This document shows, piece after piece, positions 1 to 13,121 of a stretch of DNA of 64,000 nt; position 1 is the first letter of the stretch, and every line of letters starts with the position of its first letter. The stretch spans positions 1,347,146 through 1,411,145 of the forward strand of contig MU054400.1 of assembly GCA_013239625.1 (NCBI GenBank). The letters are read 5' to 3'. Both the position numbers and the translations under genes were made by a program. The notes under the pieces were generated by a model, which ran no database searches, was not told the origin of the DNA, and worked only from the letters and a program-made list of their open reading frames with translations. Source of the stretch: Lama guanicoe. Its lineage: Eukaryota.

Positions 1-389
1 TACCCCACAGAGCCAACACCCCCATCCTCCGGCCTGACTCTGGGCACCTGGATTGGGGTGTGGCCACAGTGGGGAAGGTGGAGTAGGCAGCCTCTATCTC
101 ATTCTGCTTTTGACCAGTGGGCATGGCCTGGCCCTGCCCACTGGGCATCCAGCCATCAAAAGAACTGTGTGAGTGGGTGGGACTGAGGAAGCCCAAGGCC
201 ATGAAGGATGGGCACTGGGGCCAGCTTTGGTGTGGCCTGGGCGCCTCCCCCTTCTCAGGACTCCAGCCAACCAGCCCAGGAGACCTCCAGAGGTGCCAGC
301 TCACACAGAGGGAACTTTGTGGAAGCCTGGCAGGCATGTGTGGGTCTGTGTATCTAAGGCTGAATGCCTTTCGGTGAGACTGTGTCTCC

Positions 390-860
390 AGGTCAGGTGC
401 GTGTGTCTGTGTGTCTGGCTCTTATTCTGTCCCTTGGTTCTCTTGCCTGGATGTGTGCCTCTGCCTCTGTATACCCACCTCTATGTGTAGCTGTCTCTCT
501 GTGTGTCTTCATCTCTTAGAGTCTGAGTGTCTCTTTTGTGTGTCTCATTTCTCTCCCCGTCTATCTCTTTGTATATCTCTGTATCAGTCTCGTCTATCTC
601 TTTGTGTATCTCTGTGTCGGTCTCTGTCTCTTTCTCCCTGTCTCTGTGTGTGTATATGGGTCCCTTGCGTCTCTCTCTCTCTCTCTCTTCCTGGCTGTGT
701 GTCCAGCTGTCCCCGTGGACGGTCTCTCTCCCCTCTCCGTGGGGTCTGTCTCTAGTTCTGTGCGTCTCGTGTGTGTCTCTGTCTTTGTGTCTGTCTCTCT
801 TTCTCCCCGGCTGTGTCTCAGTGTCTGTGTAGGTCTATGTCTCTTTATTTCCGTCTCTGG
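390..860. repeat. TC/TG-rich low-complexity tract in the ENHO intron
   Basis: tgtctc/tgtgtc repeats; source of spurious L/S/C/V ORFs. Confidence 0.8.
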
Positions 861-899
861 TTCTCAGCCCCCGTGCCCTAGGTGGGAGGGCCCCTCTTA

Positions 900-1560
900 C
901 CTGAGTTGAGCCCGGTGCGCGCCCGCGGGAAGATCCGGGGCAGCGGGATGCTGGGCGCCGACTGAGGCTCGGGAGCCTGCGGGCGGGGGGCGGCAGGAGG
1001 CGGGCAGGGGTGACGTCCCCTCCCCCGGCCCTCCCCCGCGGCCGCGCAGCCTCCGCCGGCCGCTCCCGCCGCGGCGCGACCGGGGCGGCCTCTGCCGCGG
1101 GCGGTCTGCGGCGAGCGGGCACCTCCTCCCCCTGGGGCGGCGCCTCCTCCGCGGCCGTGGCCGCTCGCTTGCTCGCACGGCGGCGCTCGGGCGGCGGCGG
1201 CAGTCCGGGAGCGGGGTTCGGCTGGGCTCGGTTGTGTTCGGCTACGTTCGGCTGGGCTCGACTGGGCTCTCGGCTGGGCTCGGCCAGGCTCGGCCGGCCG
1301 CAAAAACAGCGAAGAGCCCCGCCTCCTCGGAGGCCAGCGGCCTGCAGCCTGTAGGAGGCGAAGCCATCCCCCTCGCCGCTGCCGCCATTCAATTGGCTGG
1401 CCGTGCCAGGCACCCTTGCCATTGGTCGTGAGCTGGGGTGAAGACTGGCCCACCCCTTGTGCAGGCGTGGGGCGGGGGCGGGAAGAGGGCTAAAGGGGCT
1501 ACTCCGACTGGATCCCTCCGGGGGGAAGAGGGCGGGGGCGAGATCCACCTACTTGCGGGG
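900..1560 (-). promoter_or_regulatory. CpG-island promoter with two CCAAT boxes (1392-1396, 1421-1425) and GC boxes (about 1469-1482, 1530-1540)
   Basis: Motifs read directly; the CCAAT boxes are 29 bp apart, a typical NF-Y/Sp arrangement. Confidence 0.75.
901..1300 (-). other. ENHO: ENHO (adropin) exon 1, non-coding; TSS approximate; the coding exon would lie left of the window
   Basis: Strong donor CTCAACTCAG|gtaaga at 901/900 in a CpG island. ENHO is the same-strand downstream neighbour of CNTFR in mammals (synteny from memory). No adropin coding sequence is visible in the window. Confidence 0.72.
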
Positions 1561-2749
1561 ATTTCTTGCACCTTCCACACCCGGAAGATCTGCACACCCA
1601 ACATCTGAGAAAAGCCAAAGCCTTTGTACCCGTCTACTTGAGTAGACTGCCCCTCCATATCTGCGAGGGGTCTCTGTCGCCGTCATCTGGAGGAAGACTC
1701 TGGGACACCACATCTGGGAGGAGACAGAGCCTCCTGGTCTTGGAAGTCCTCTGTACTCTTGCACATCCACTCCCACCTGGGTGTGGACGCTGCATCCCCA
1801 CTTCAGAGGGTCTGCAGTTGGCTCCACTTGCCTTGGCCCCAGGAGGTGTGAGCAGCCCTGCCACCATAAGTTGTTTGGACACGTTTATTGGGTTCGCACC
1901 CAGTGTTGGTCACAGGTTTGTAGTTTGTTCTTCTATGGGGGAGTCTAGGACAGAGAGGAATGGGGTATTCTGAAGGATGGTTCAGCCCTGGCTGAAACAG
2001 GACCAGGCATGATTCTCCATCCTAGAAGCTCCTGGCTCTCTCCGTCTAGACACTCTCCTAAGAGCAAGATCACCTTGGGCAGAAGCCATCAGGTAGCCTT
2101 TCCTACCCTACTTCATATGCCAGTGATTCCTCAGTGTTCTGAATAGATTATTTTCACATTCCACTCGACATATTCTCCATGGATAAGCACATCCCTAAAG
2201 CTATACTGTGAAGTCTCTCAATCCTCCAAAATCCAGCCTTAACTTACCTAGAATTCTAGGTGCAGATCTAAGTGCCTACCAGAATCAGAGTGGTTCTGCC
2301 ACTTTAACCTTGAGCAAGTTAATCTCTTTTAGCCTCAGCTTCCTCATCTGTAAAATGGTTTTAGTAATAGCTATCGCTCAGGGTTGTAGTTCACTATTTA
2401 TACCAGACCGACCACATCCCATCAAATGCCAACAGACACAACCCCAAGGACCACATGGCTAAGGGGCCCCTTCCCCCAATGAGATCCCTGTAAATCCAAA
2501 TGCTATCTTGAAAATGAGAAAGGGAAAGGTAAAATAACCTGAAAGACTGAGTCATCCAAACCAACTGAATTACTTAGAGACTGCCTAAAATAAATTTTTG
2601 AACCTGACTGAGTTTGTGGATTAATTTTAGTTCCCCCTGCCCCTGTTACCCAGCAGGGTGGGGGCATTGTGAACAAGATCAAATCAGTTCTAGGAAAGAG
2701 AGGAGATGTATCATTGCACATCTGAGCGTAATATGAGTGAATTTGTGAC

Positions 2750-3170
2750 CCAGCTGCAGGAGTTCAGATTTCATCCTGAAGACAATGGGGAGCCACTGGA
2801 GAAATTTTGAGCAGAGGAGTAAATGTGATCATATGCAGAAATTAGAAGGATGATTTGGGCTGCTGGGTGGAAGGAGGGATTGAAGGCATTTGAGAGTGAA
2901 GGCAAGGAGTAATGACAAGGGATTGAAATGATGTAGGGGGAATAGGAGTGGAGAGACCAGTAAAGCACTGAAGATTTTGAGAATTACAATTGGCAAGACC
3001 TGTAGGATATGGAGGGTAAGAGGGAGGGAAAAGTCTGGGATAACTCCCAGGTTGGTGATAGGGATACTGTGATGCCATTTACTAAGACTGAGAAGGGATA
3101 AGTTTCAGCAGGGGGTTGGCTGGTGGGGGATGATAAGTTCTGTTTTGGATATGTTGAAGCTCACCCAGGA
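2750..3170 (+). mobile_element. LINE-2 fragment
   Basis: gaagacaatggggagccactggag...ttttgagcagaggag...tgtgatc and agttctgttttggatatgttgaag are L2-like. Confidence 0.65.
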
Positions 3171-6100
3171 AAAATAGGAACTGGTTTAAGCAAAAAGAGA
3201 CATTTATAATCAGATACTGAAACCCAAAGACATGGATGCCTCAGGAACAACTGGAACTAATAGACACAAAAGCCGTTAGGTTCTCTCTCCACTTCTCATC
3301 TCTCTTGCTTTCTCCTTGTCTCCTTCATTTCCCTCTTCTGCTCTGTCCTAGCCATCATCCATACCCCCAGACTGGCTTCCAGTGCTTTTCTGGTCCACAT
3401 GGTGAAAACATGACTTCCAACAATCCCAAAGCCTAAAATCTTTAACGTCTTTTGACATTATGCTTAGGCATCCAACAAGACACTGGCTTCCTTTTTTGGT
3501 TTGCGAATTCCTCAGGAAGTACTCTGATTGGCTCAGCTTAGTTAGATACTTAACTCTGGACCAATCAGCTGTGGCCAAGGGATGGATGCGGATCAAATTG
3601 CCTAACATGGCCCACAAGATAACTGCATGGATACTGGGGTTGGGGGAGCAGAAGAGAGATCCTGAAAAGGCAGAATGGCAGTTGTTCACTATAGTCCATC
3701 CTTTGTTTGCCCAACACACATTGTTTCCCTATGCATATGATTCCAAAAATGCACTCACCTATATTATCCAGCCATCCCACTGTACATATGCCAATAAATG
3801 CAGCTCCTCTTCAAGGGAGGGCAGCTCAATGACATATCCAGCTATTGCTTCTGAAGGTTATATCATAGGACCAATGTTCTTCATATATAGATTCTCTGGG
3901 TAATGTCCCTTCATGCTCTAGTCAGTTCTCCATAAGGTTCTCTGAATATGGCTTCTAATAATCCCATTACCTTTGTTTGAACTGCCTTTGAACTACTTTT
4001 AAACCGCCCCCCCCCAAAAAACCCTTACATTTAGAGATGGAAGAAATAGAGAATCAAATGGAGCAAAAAGAAAGCCGTGCACAGTGGTTACTAATCCAGA
4101 ACATCATCTATATAATTTTGGCCATGAATAACAATGAAAATGATGGGGCTAGGGAATCTCTTAGCATCTTGGCTACAGAGTTCCTCCATCAGCCAATCTG
4201 GCTGCCCCAGGTTTTGCCCACAAAGATGAGATTTCTTATCCAGAGCCCTGAGGACACCACTGTGGAGGATTTCTCTGTGGGACACTGTACTAATTAGCAC
4301 TACACTTTCTGGTGGTGTCTTAGGGATTTTCCTGGAATTGGGCAATCACAGATCTCTGCATTTATGAGAGTTGCTTATGATTTTATTTTTTCCTCCCAAA
4401 TGATACAATTCTCTTAAAACCATAATCAGCTGTCTGTCAGTTTCATCTGGGGGGAGAATTCCTTTTGCTATTAACACAGTTCATTGATCCTAAAGCACAT
4501 TTTTTTCTAGTTTAAACAGCTGTGAAATCAGAATATGTCTTACAATTAATGGCCTGTAATAGTTTTTAAGCCTGTATTTTTTTTTTAGTAATACATAAAA
4601 TAACTTGCCTCTTAGAATTGATGGAACATAAGATTTATTAAATAGAGTAATTTTATCAGTTAGAGTTCTTTATCACAAATAATAGAATCCCCTCTGGATA
4701 GTTGAACTATAAAAGGGATTTGTTAAAGGATATTATTTAGCTCAGAATTGTTAGCAGGGCTGGGGAAATGGACTTGAGGCTAAGTTTCTAGGAACAGCAC
4801 CCAAACCATACCATGCAATGCGATGAGGAAATCACAGTCATTGCCACTCCAAGTACTAAGCATGAAGAGTTCGACTTCACTGCTGACTTTACAAGCTCGA
4901 TGGCATGTCTGTGGTAAGAACTCAGTATTGCAACCACTAGGAAGCCACTGCTTGTGACCACTACCACCCCTCAAAAGCTGGACGCTTGGGCTACCAGCAG
5001 CAGCAGAAATGGAAGTCCTATGTCCAAACTGCTTCTTTTGTATATCAGTCAGAATTAGTTAGGTAACAATTCCCAGATCTGACTGGTTTAAAACAGTGAA
5101 CGTGTATTTCTTGCTCAGCTGCAGTTCCAGCATGGGTGAAGAGGGAAGCAGGAGACTTGATCCCTGTGGTCACTCAGGGATCTAAGCTGTTGGAGGCTCT
5201 GTCACCTTATGGTGATGCCACCTTCTTGATGTGAACCTTCAGAGTTCGCTGTGGCAGAAGGGAGTGAGGAAAAACATATACTGGCTTCTGCTCACATTGC
5301 ATTGATCAAAACAAACCTCACGGCCACACTCAACATCAAGGAACAAGGGAAGTACCATCTTCCTGGTGCCCAGAAAGAGAGGAGAACCAGAAATACTGGT
5401 GAATTTTAGTGATATTTCCCTCACTCATCTTGCTCACTTCCAATCAAAGTCTCACACGGGGAAGGCAGCATGCCTATAGACAAGCTGGAAGGGATGCTGG
5501 GAATTTTAATTCTGACTTCTGTATTGAGGCGGCTGGATTTTTAAAATGAAAATTTTCCCAAATAGAAAAACTATTTAAAAGATGAAAACACCCATGACAC
5601 AAGAGACTTCCGCTACCATAACCAATAGTAGAGTTTTATAGAACCATGCTCTCTGAATCTTCAGTTTTACCAAGAAGATGCAGGGTCTGTGCAAGATCTT
5701 GGAGCAATTTCTTTTTTAGCACCATGTCTAGGGGCCTGTTCGATCCCTCTGTCTATGCCTCCTGGCTTCATGGGACATCTATAGGCTGGAGTGACAGGGC
5801 TGGTATGTCCTGCTTTTGAATGATGCCCTAGACTCACCTGCATTCCAGTCAACTCACTTTGCAATGGGAGGCACCTTCACATTTGCCTGGCAACGTAGGG
5901 ACGTCCAAAATGGTGGTCTGCAAGCAGTTAGGGAGAAACAGAGTATGTTTTAATTTATTTAAGTTGGTTAAGGGCAAGTGTTTCAGTCTTGACCTGGGAC
6001 TGCTAGGAGCTAGATTATTATATGCCTTGTGAATTGCAGAAGCTGAGTGACTGGCTGGTCTCTAACGTTGATGCCTGATTAGAAAACAGAGAGGTCCCAG

Positions 6101-8528
6101 CAATCAGGATGGAGGTACCCTGGAAGAGCCAGAGGAATTGAACAGGCCCTGCATATTGTTCCCACCCTGCCTTCTCTCTCTCCTCTTTTCTCTCCAGACA
6201 GGCTGCCTGTGCTCCTCCAGTCCACATAATAATAATAAACCCAGCTTCTGACAGTTCTCAACTCTATAACTGAAATCCAGGTCCTCATTAAAATGTTCGT
6301 TCATCTCTTTCAGTTCCAGCTCAGTTCCAGCTCCAAAATTCTCAAGGACTTGCTCTTATCAGCCTGGTTCTGGTCAGATGCCATTCCCTGCACCTGTGGA
6401 GGTGGTGGAGGGGGGAGCATAAGATGGTGATTCTTATGATAACCATATGAGTAAAAGACAGCTCTCACCAGAAGGGAAACCAAACATGAAGAAGTCTACC
6501 ATATTAACATTTATGGATGCAGAGGAAAAATAAATATGCAAAGTAAATAAAGTAGGAGCTGTCAGAGAGGTAGAAGGAAAATCAGGAGGGAACAGACCTT
6601 TAAGGAAGCCAAGAAAGGACAGAGGTTCAATGAGGGACAGGTCAGCAATCCAAAATATCAAAGAGAGGTGCAGTAGTTTATAGAAAGGGACCATTGGACT
6701 TAAGAACAAGGAGGCTGTTGATCATCTTGGCAAGAATTAGTCGCAGTGGGCAGTGAAGATGGGGTATGCGGTGGACGCCAGATTTTAGTGGTTTCCAGAG
6801 TAAGAAGTTGAAGCAATATAGATGATTGACTGTAAGATTAGGAGGAAGGAGACTAGACACAGAAGGATGTGGAATTAGAGGAAGTTTTTTAAATTTTCTA
6901 AAAATTTCTTACATGTTTCTTACATGGGCATGTTTCAATACTCGTGACAAGGAACCAGGAGAAAGGATAAAACTGATCGCTATTTTTATTATTACCGTCC
7001 ATCTCCCCTGGGCTGTGCAGATCCAGGCAGGCAGGGAGAGGGATGAAAGCTAAGACCCTGGCAGAAGGTGGGAACCACTTCAACTTTTCCTAGGCCACAC
7101 TGGAATGTAGGACAGAGAGAGGAGGTGCCTGGCTTCAGCACTGGGTGACCCAGAGTCCTGGGATTGTACCACGATCTGTGCCCAGACAGAGAGGCCTTGT
7201 GTGGAGAACAAAGGGTCCCAGGGCTGGAGCCAGCAGGTGGGGGCAAGGTAGACATGAAGCAGTTCTGCTCTAGGGCAGGCGAGCTTGCCACGTGCTCTGG
7301 TTCCCTATCTCAAAACCGTGCCTGTCGCCGCCTGCTACCCACCTCTTCATTCCTCATCATCCCTGCCCAGCAGCCACCTGCTTTCCCAGCTCCACTTCCC
7401 CACCTCCCATCCCTCCCCAGCCGCTGCCCCCACCGGCTGCTCTCGCCATCCCTGAAGCTGGCTCACCGAGGTCGCTTTCATCTCCTTGTCACATCCAGTG
7501 AGTACTTTTCTGCCCTTATCTTTGCTGACTTCTTGGCAGCAGTGAGGCTGTTGATTCCCTTTTGAAACCCTATCTTCCTGTGTCTTCCATGAAGCCACTC
7601 TCTCTGGGAACATTTATTCTTCCTCCTAAAACAACAACTCTTGTTCATTAAGCACTTAGACACTGTCAGAGCCGAACATTCATCACAGATCTCCCTCACG
7701 TGCATACCAGGTCCAAGAAACAGGTGAAGGAACCAGGGCTCAAGGCAATAAGGGCCTCCTCAAGATGCCTCAGCAGCAGGGATGCTCTGGACGAAAACCT
7801 CAGTTTGCTGCTTTGCCCTCAACTCCAGCCCGCTGTCTGGCTGCCGCGCCTCTCTGGCCCCTCCTCAGCTTCCTTGGTGAGCTGCGCTCCGTCCACCAGC
7901 CTCGTCTCCTCTCCTCTCCTTAAGTAAGCTCCTCCTCCGTGTTGTGGCTTCAGTGCCCATTTTTATGCCGACAGTACTTTCACACCAACCCAGACCTTGC
8001 TCCCGAATCCCGGACTGATGTGCTGCCGCCGCTGCTGTTGTTATTAAGAGTAAGATTTATGGAGTGTTTACAGCGTGGCAGGCACTGTGCTAACTTCCTT
8101 ATATACATCATCTCAGTAAATCCTTACAACGACCCCTTGAGGTGGGTGCTGTTTTCCCATTGTCCACTTAAGGGAACTGAGCCTTGGATCGATCCATCAC
8201 CTTGTCCCAGGTCAACAGGAGTCCTGCTGTGTCTGACCCCAGAGCGCACCTGTAACTGCTTTCCACCGAGAGGTCACACTCGTGCCTGACACTTGACGTG
8301 TCTGCATCTGAGCTCGGCTGTCCCTTAACGTGCTGTGTACCTGGAGGCAAGTGATTGAACGTCTGAACCGTGGTTATTATCAACTTGCCCAGAGCCTGCC
8401 CTCCTCCTGTGCTAACTAGTTCAATAAACAGCCCTGCCACCTTCCCGTCAGCAGGGGATGCACAAGACTCTTCCGTCTCCCATGTTCATTGAGACGTGGT
8501 GACTTTGTGCTCTAAAAAGCACAGCTCT

Positions 8529-8804
8529 TCGAGCTGGTGGTTACCAGTGGGGACAGGGAGTGGGGAGGGACAACGTAAATGTAGGGGAGAAAGAGGTACA
8601 AACTATTAGGTATAAAATAAGCTACCAGGATATATTGTACAACACGGGGAATATAGCCAATACTTTATAATAACAAAAAATGGAATATAATTTTTTAAAA
8701 ATTGTGGATCACTAAATTGTACACCTGTAACTCATATAATATTGTACACCTGTAACTCATATAATATTGTACAGCAACTATACTCTGATTTGAAAAAGAA
8801 AAAG
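8529..8804 (+). mobile_element. 5'-truncated LINE-1 3' end with poly(A) tail
   Basis: Typical L1 3' UTR motifs (gatatattgtacaacacggggaatatagccaata ... attgtacagcaactatact); TSD aaaagcacagctct (8515-8528) / aaaagcccagttct (8805-8818). Confidence 0.85.
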
Positions 8805-9029
8805 AAAAGCCCAGTTCTCACTGCCCTGGCCTTAGGCCTTCTCCCGCCTGCTCTCAGGCCTCACACGTTCAGTCAAAGCGCCTCACTCAGGCCTGCTGCT
8901 GCTCTCAGCCACCACAGGTCCCGTGTTCTCTTCCCTCCTTACCCTCCTCTGCAAGGCCCCCAGAGCAGTCTTTCCCAAACACATATCTGACCAGGTCTCC
9001 CCATCTCCCGGGGACCCCTGACTCTCAGC

Positions 9030-9307
9030 AGCTACCTGTACTCCTTGGTTGGTGGCCCCTTCCTACATCTTTCAGTCTCTCCTTCCATCATCCCATCACC
9101 TCCTCTGACTCTGACTCCTCCTGCCTCTTTTCTATTAGGATGGTTGTGATTACATCCCCACCACCTGATAATCCAGGATAATCTTCCCATTTTAAGAGCC
9201 TTAACTTAATCTCAGCTGCAAAATCCTTTTACCGTGGAAATTAACACTCACAGGTTCTGGGAATTAGGATGTGGACTTATTTGGGAGCCATTTTTCAGCC
9301 TACCACA
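9030..9307. mobile_element. MaLR (MLT1-like) LTR fragment
   Basis: gataatccaggataatcttcccatttta...cttaacttaatc...attaggatgtggac...cagcctaccaca end, characteristic of MLT1. Confidence 0.7.
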
Positions 9308-9406
9308 AGGGGGGTGGTATATTATCTCACAATCTTCAGCACATCCTTTGATGTAAATCTTGTTATCCCTGGATTGAAGATGAGGACTCTGAGGTTCAAG
9401 ATTGAG

Positions 9407-9549
9407 GGATTTCAGGGGGAGGGTATAGTTCAAGTGGTAAAGCTCATGCTTAGCATGCAGGAGGTCCTGGGTTCAATCCCCAGTACCTCCTTCAAATAGA
9501 AATAAATGAATAAACCGAATTACCTCCCCTTCATTAAAAAAAAAGAAAA
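9407..9549 (+). mobile_element. tRNA-Ala-derived SINE (camelid type) with A-rich tail
   Basis: GGGGAGGGTATAGTTCAAGTGGTAAAGCTCATGCTTAGCATGCAGGAGGTCCTGGGTTCAATCCCCAGTACCTCC has A and B boxes; target-site duplication AAGATTGAG at 9398-9406 and 9550-9558. Confidence 0.88.
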
Positions 9550-9849
9550 AAGATTGAGTTCCCTTAAACCCAAAGTAATAGATAAATGATATCTAAATAG
9601 ATAGATGATAAAGAGAGATGGTCTTTAAAAACTGAAAAAAGATACATGCTTATTATTTTTTAATGATTTATAAGCCATATAAAAGAATACAAAGAAAAAT
9701 GCAATGAATCACTGAAAATCTCACTACCCAGAAGTCAGCATTAACATTTTATGCACAAAGATTTGAGAGAGAGAGAGAGAGGTAGAGAGTCAGACAGGTA
9801 GAAAAATGAATGAGACACACTATAGAAGCTATTATTTTAGTCCAAAGTG

Positions 9850-11900
9850 TGCTATTACTTGAATTTGATAGAGGGAAAAGAAACTAAAGTGAAAATGAAG
9901 GAATAGCTGAACTTCAGCTAAATATTTCTTCACCTCAAAAAAAAGTTCATTCTTAAAAGACCCCTCTCAAGTTAAGAAAAACAATTTCAGTTAAGAGACT
10001 GGAGTAGGAGCTTTACAATTGTTTCCATTTTATACACTTATTAGTTGCTCTGAACTGTGAAAGAAAGTGTGATTTGTTCTTCTGCCTTTCTTTCTACCCC
10101 TTTTCTCCATTCCAGATTAGGTTGCCAATGTTGTTTTTACTTTATCAGGATTTACAATATTTACATTCTGTTCTGCAATGAAAGTTCCCACAGTTGAATC
10201 TTAATCTAAATGGAATGAGTGTTCATCACCGGTCCTCTTACGAGGAATCTCCTTTTCTCAGCATCTGACTTTGATTCATCTCTTGGCTGACAGAATTTTG
10301 TCATTGAGAACTTTCTCCAGTGGGGCTGGTGAGCTCTGTATCCCCAAATTCATGATTGGGATCAACCCCTTGGTTGGTTATATTCTGGGGTTTTCTACCC
10401 TCTGAACTTTGTGGGTATTGTTTCATTCTCTTCATTTGACGAATGTTACCTTGGAGAAATCTGAGATTCAGACCGAATTTTCCCCCTGACATGACTTGCT
10501 TTTTCTGCCTAGATTCCTAAAGTATTCTTATTTTATCCTCAAAGTTTGGTTGCTAAATCAGTGTATCTTAATGTCAACTATTCCGTATCAAGTCTTCTAG
10601 TCGATGGTGTGCACTTATAATCTGAATATTCAGTTATTCCTTCATTTCAGGGAAGGCTTTCCCATGTTTCATACTTCAATAACTTTTTCCGTTCCATTTT
10701 TGGAACTTCAGCTTTAGGGCTGCCAACAATTATGCTTATGGTAGCTTGTCTTTGTCCTGTTAACTTCACTCTAATTGCTTTAGCATCTTTACCTTTTCCC
10801 ATCACATTTGCTCTTGCTATCTCAAGGCTTTCCTGCAGATTACTTTGGTTTTCAGTCATTTCCATTCTGTGTTTTGCGGTTTTTAGTTTATTTATGACAT
10901 CTGTAACGGTATTGTTTTGGCCCTTTATTATTTTTCCTTAGTTCTGTTATCTCCCTTTTCACCTCATTCTGTTGTTTTATCATCTTGTTTTTGGGTTCTT
11001 GTTCTATTGATTTCATACTATTATTAAGGCCTTCTGTAACAGGAAGAACTTGCCAGGAGCCTGCTTTTATTCCTTTGGTTGTGTTTCCTTTTAGATTGGG
11101 CTCTTTATCTAATTTTTGCATTCTGTCCTCCTTGTTCCTTTCCTTTCCCTCCCTCCCTCCCTTCTTTCCCTCTTTCCTTCCTCCCTACCTGTATTGTGGC
11201 TGTGGTCTGTGTGCCTAAGGGTCATGCCCTTTCCTTTGCTCTTATATCTGCTGTGGCTCACACTGAGCAGACCTCTCCTTGCTCTGGAGTCAAGCACCTT
11301 CCCGTCTTGGCTGGACCACTTTATCTTCCCCTGGGAGTCATAGTTTGAAAGCTGGCTGTTGTTTCCAAACCCACCCACCCCACTTCTGTGGCCTGGGGGG
11401 TGACTTGGCTGGGGCTGCCTACTGACCTTGATGGGACTGAGTGCTGCTGAGGCCCTGTTAGGAATCCTTCTCCAGCTAGAGAGCAGGGCACATCCCATCC
11501 TGTCGGCTCTGGTTAGCCCCCAACCTCAGCCCTGTACCCTGGAAGGCACCAAGCCATGGCAGCTCTTCTGGCCTCTCAGGTCTCATGGACGAGCATAGGG
11601 GTTTCTGCTTACAAAGATTTTCCCCCCAGACTTTTCCTAAGGCTACCTACTCACCCAACAGTCCACTTCTCTCAGATTGCAGTATATTCACGAGAATTCT
11701 TGGTGTTTGGCTGACCTGCCTTTTCTCAATACTAGTTTTGGACATGGGGTTAGGAGACATACCATTCACTCACTGCACCAGAATCTTCTGTTACTTCCCT
11801 TTGCTATCACATTTTAAGGTTTATAAAACGTCCTTGTTTGGTTGGACTCGAGCTGGTACCAGCATTCTTGTTTCAGTTTGTTTGGCTTTTGTTCATTTTG
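9850..11900 (-). mobile_element. Old degraded LINE-1-like sequence, antisense; boundaries vague
   Basis: T-rich plus strand; short K/E/N-rich minus-strand ORFs (10647..10865, 10888..11121) resemble decayed L1 ORF1. Confidence 0.45.
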
Positions 11901-13008
11901 TTAGTGGGGGGATAGGATGGGGTGGAGTGATTCTGTGGTGGTGGTGTCACTTTGCTGCCCTAACTCAGAGATCCCCAGCCTTGCTCTGTCCACACCTCTC
12001 CCCTAAGAGCCCTTCTGTGGGCAAGACCCTAGCAGTCCCAGCCCCCATCCCTTTCAAGTCTCAGAGGTGAGACGGGGGCCCACAGGACCAGGCCTCAGCT
12101 CCGAGAGGGTCTCCAGTCCACCCATTGAGTAAAGAGGGAGTGAGCAGGGAGTGTTTCATGGAGGCAGCATCAGAGGGACCTCAAATGCTTCACAAGAGAG
12201 CATCGGGCAGGGAAAGCATGAACCAAGGCACGGAGATAGGACAGCTGGAAACAATGATGGGGGAACAGGGTGGAGTGGGGTTGTCCAGCTGGAGGAGTGC
12301 CAGCTGAAGGGAGCAGGAGGAGAGACGCAGGAGAGGAGGGCAGGCAGGGCCTAGCTGTGCAGCCTGGCCTGGGGGCTGCCCCTGTGTGTGACCAAAGCAC
12401 TGAGCTTTCGTGTCTGGACTCTCAGGGATAGCACGGTGGGCAGGGGCAGGCACAGGCAGGGAAGACTGGTTCCTACCTCCCCTCCCCATCTCAGCGCCTC
12501 CCAAGGAAACTTCTCTGACTGCCCCTCTCCCACCGCCCGCCTGCCCTGGTACCCCAAAAGGCTCCTGCTCTCTTCCCCAAGGCCACAGGCCAGGCCTCGG
12601 CCACAGCCACACTGACATACCACAGACCTGCCCCCGCTCGCCTCGTCACACAAAAACAGAACTGCACAGCTGCACACCATCACACAAACTTGCACGTGAT
12701 GGTGCAGTGACACGCTGCAGAGAGCACACTGTGCACACAGCCCCGCGCTGTCTGGCTCCCTCTGGGACCTTTGTCTCTGGTTCTCCTGAGAGCTTGCCCT
12801 GCCCCCTGGTGGCCACTCCCCAAGCCACTACCCTTCTGGAAGGACCCAAACTCTCCACTCCCTTTGCAGCCTGGTTTCTGCTCAAAGAAGCTTCCAGCCT
12901 TGAGCAGCCTCCCCCCTCAGACTGGTGCTGTCATTACAGGCGCCCTCAGATGCACTCCCTCACAGACCGGCCTCTCAGATCAGTACTGTTAGGCAAGGCC
13001 TTCTCAAA

Positions 13009-13121
13009 TAGGGTGACCAACTACCCCGGTTTGCCTGGGGCTGAGGGGTGTCCCAGGGCTCGAGATATTCAGTGCTAAAACTGGGAAGTCCCCGGCAAAG
13101 CAGGACTAGTTGGAGATCCTA
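13009..13121. mobile_element. MER81-like hAT-Blackjack MITE
   Basis: Terminal inverted repeats tagggtgaccaactaccccggtttgcc / ggcaaagcaggactagttggagatccta; 8-bp TSD ttctcaaa / ttctcaga. Confidence 0.75.

Noticed and set aside
411..909. Hydrophobic Cys/Leu/Ser/Val-rich ORFs (also 13896..14405, 47062..47518)
   Set aside because: Translations of TC/TG low-complexity tracts.
835..1548. Long overlapping ORFs (237, 191, 114 aa) at the left CpG island
   Set aside because: Stop-poor GC-rich sequence open in several frames, with P/A/R/G low complexity; better explained as promoter plus non-coding exon.
9415..9490. Apparent tRNA-Ala genes (also about 34098-34170)
   Set aside because: Diverged stems, A-rich tails and TSDs mark them as SINEs rather than tRNA genes.
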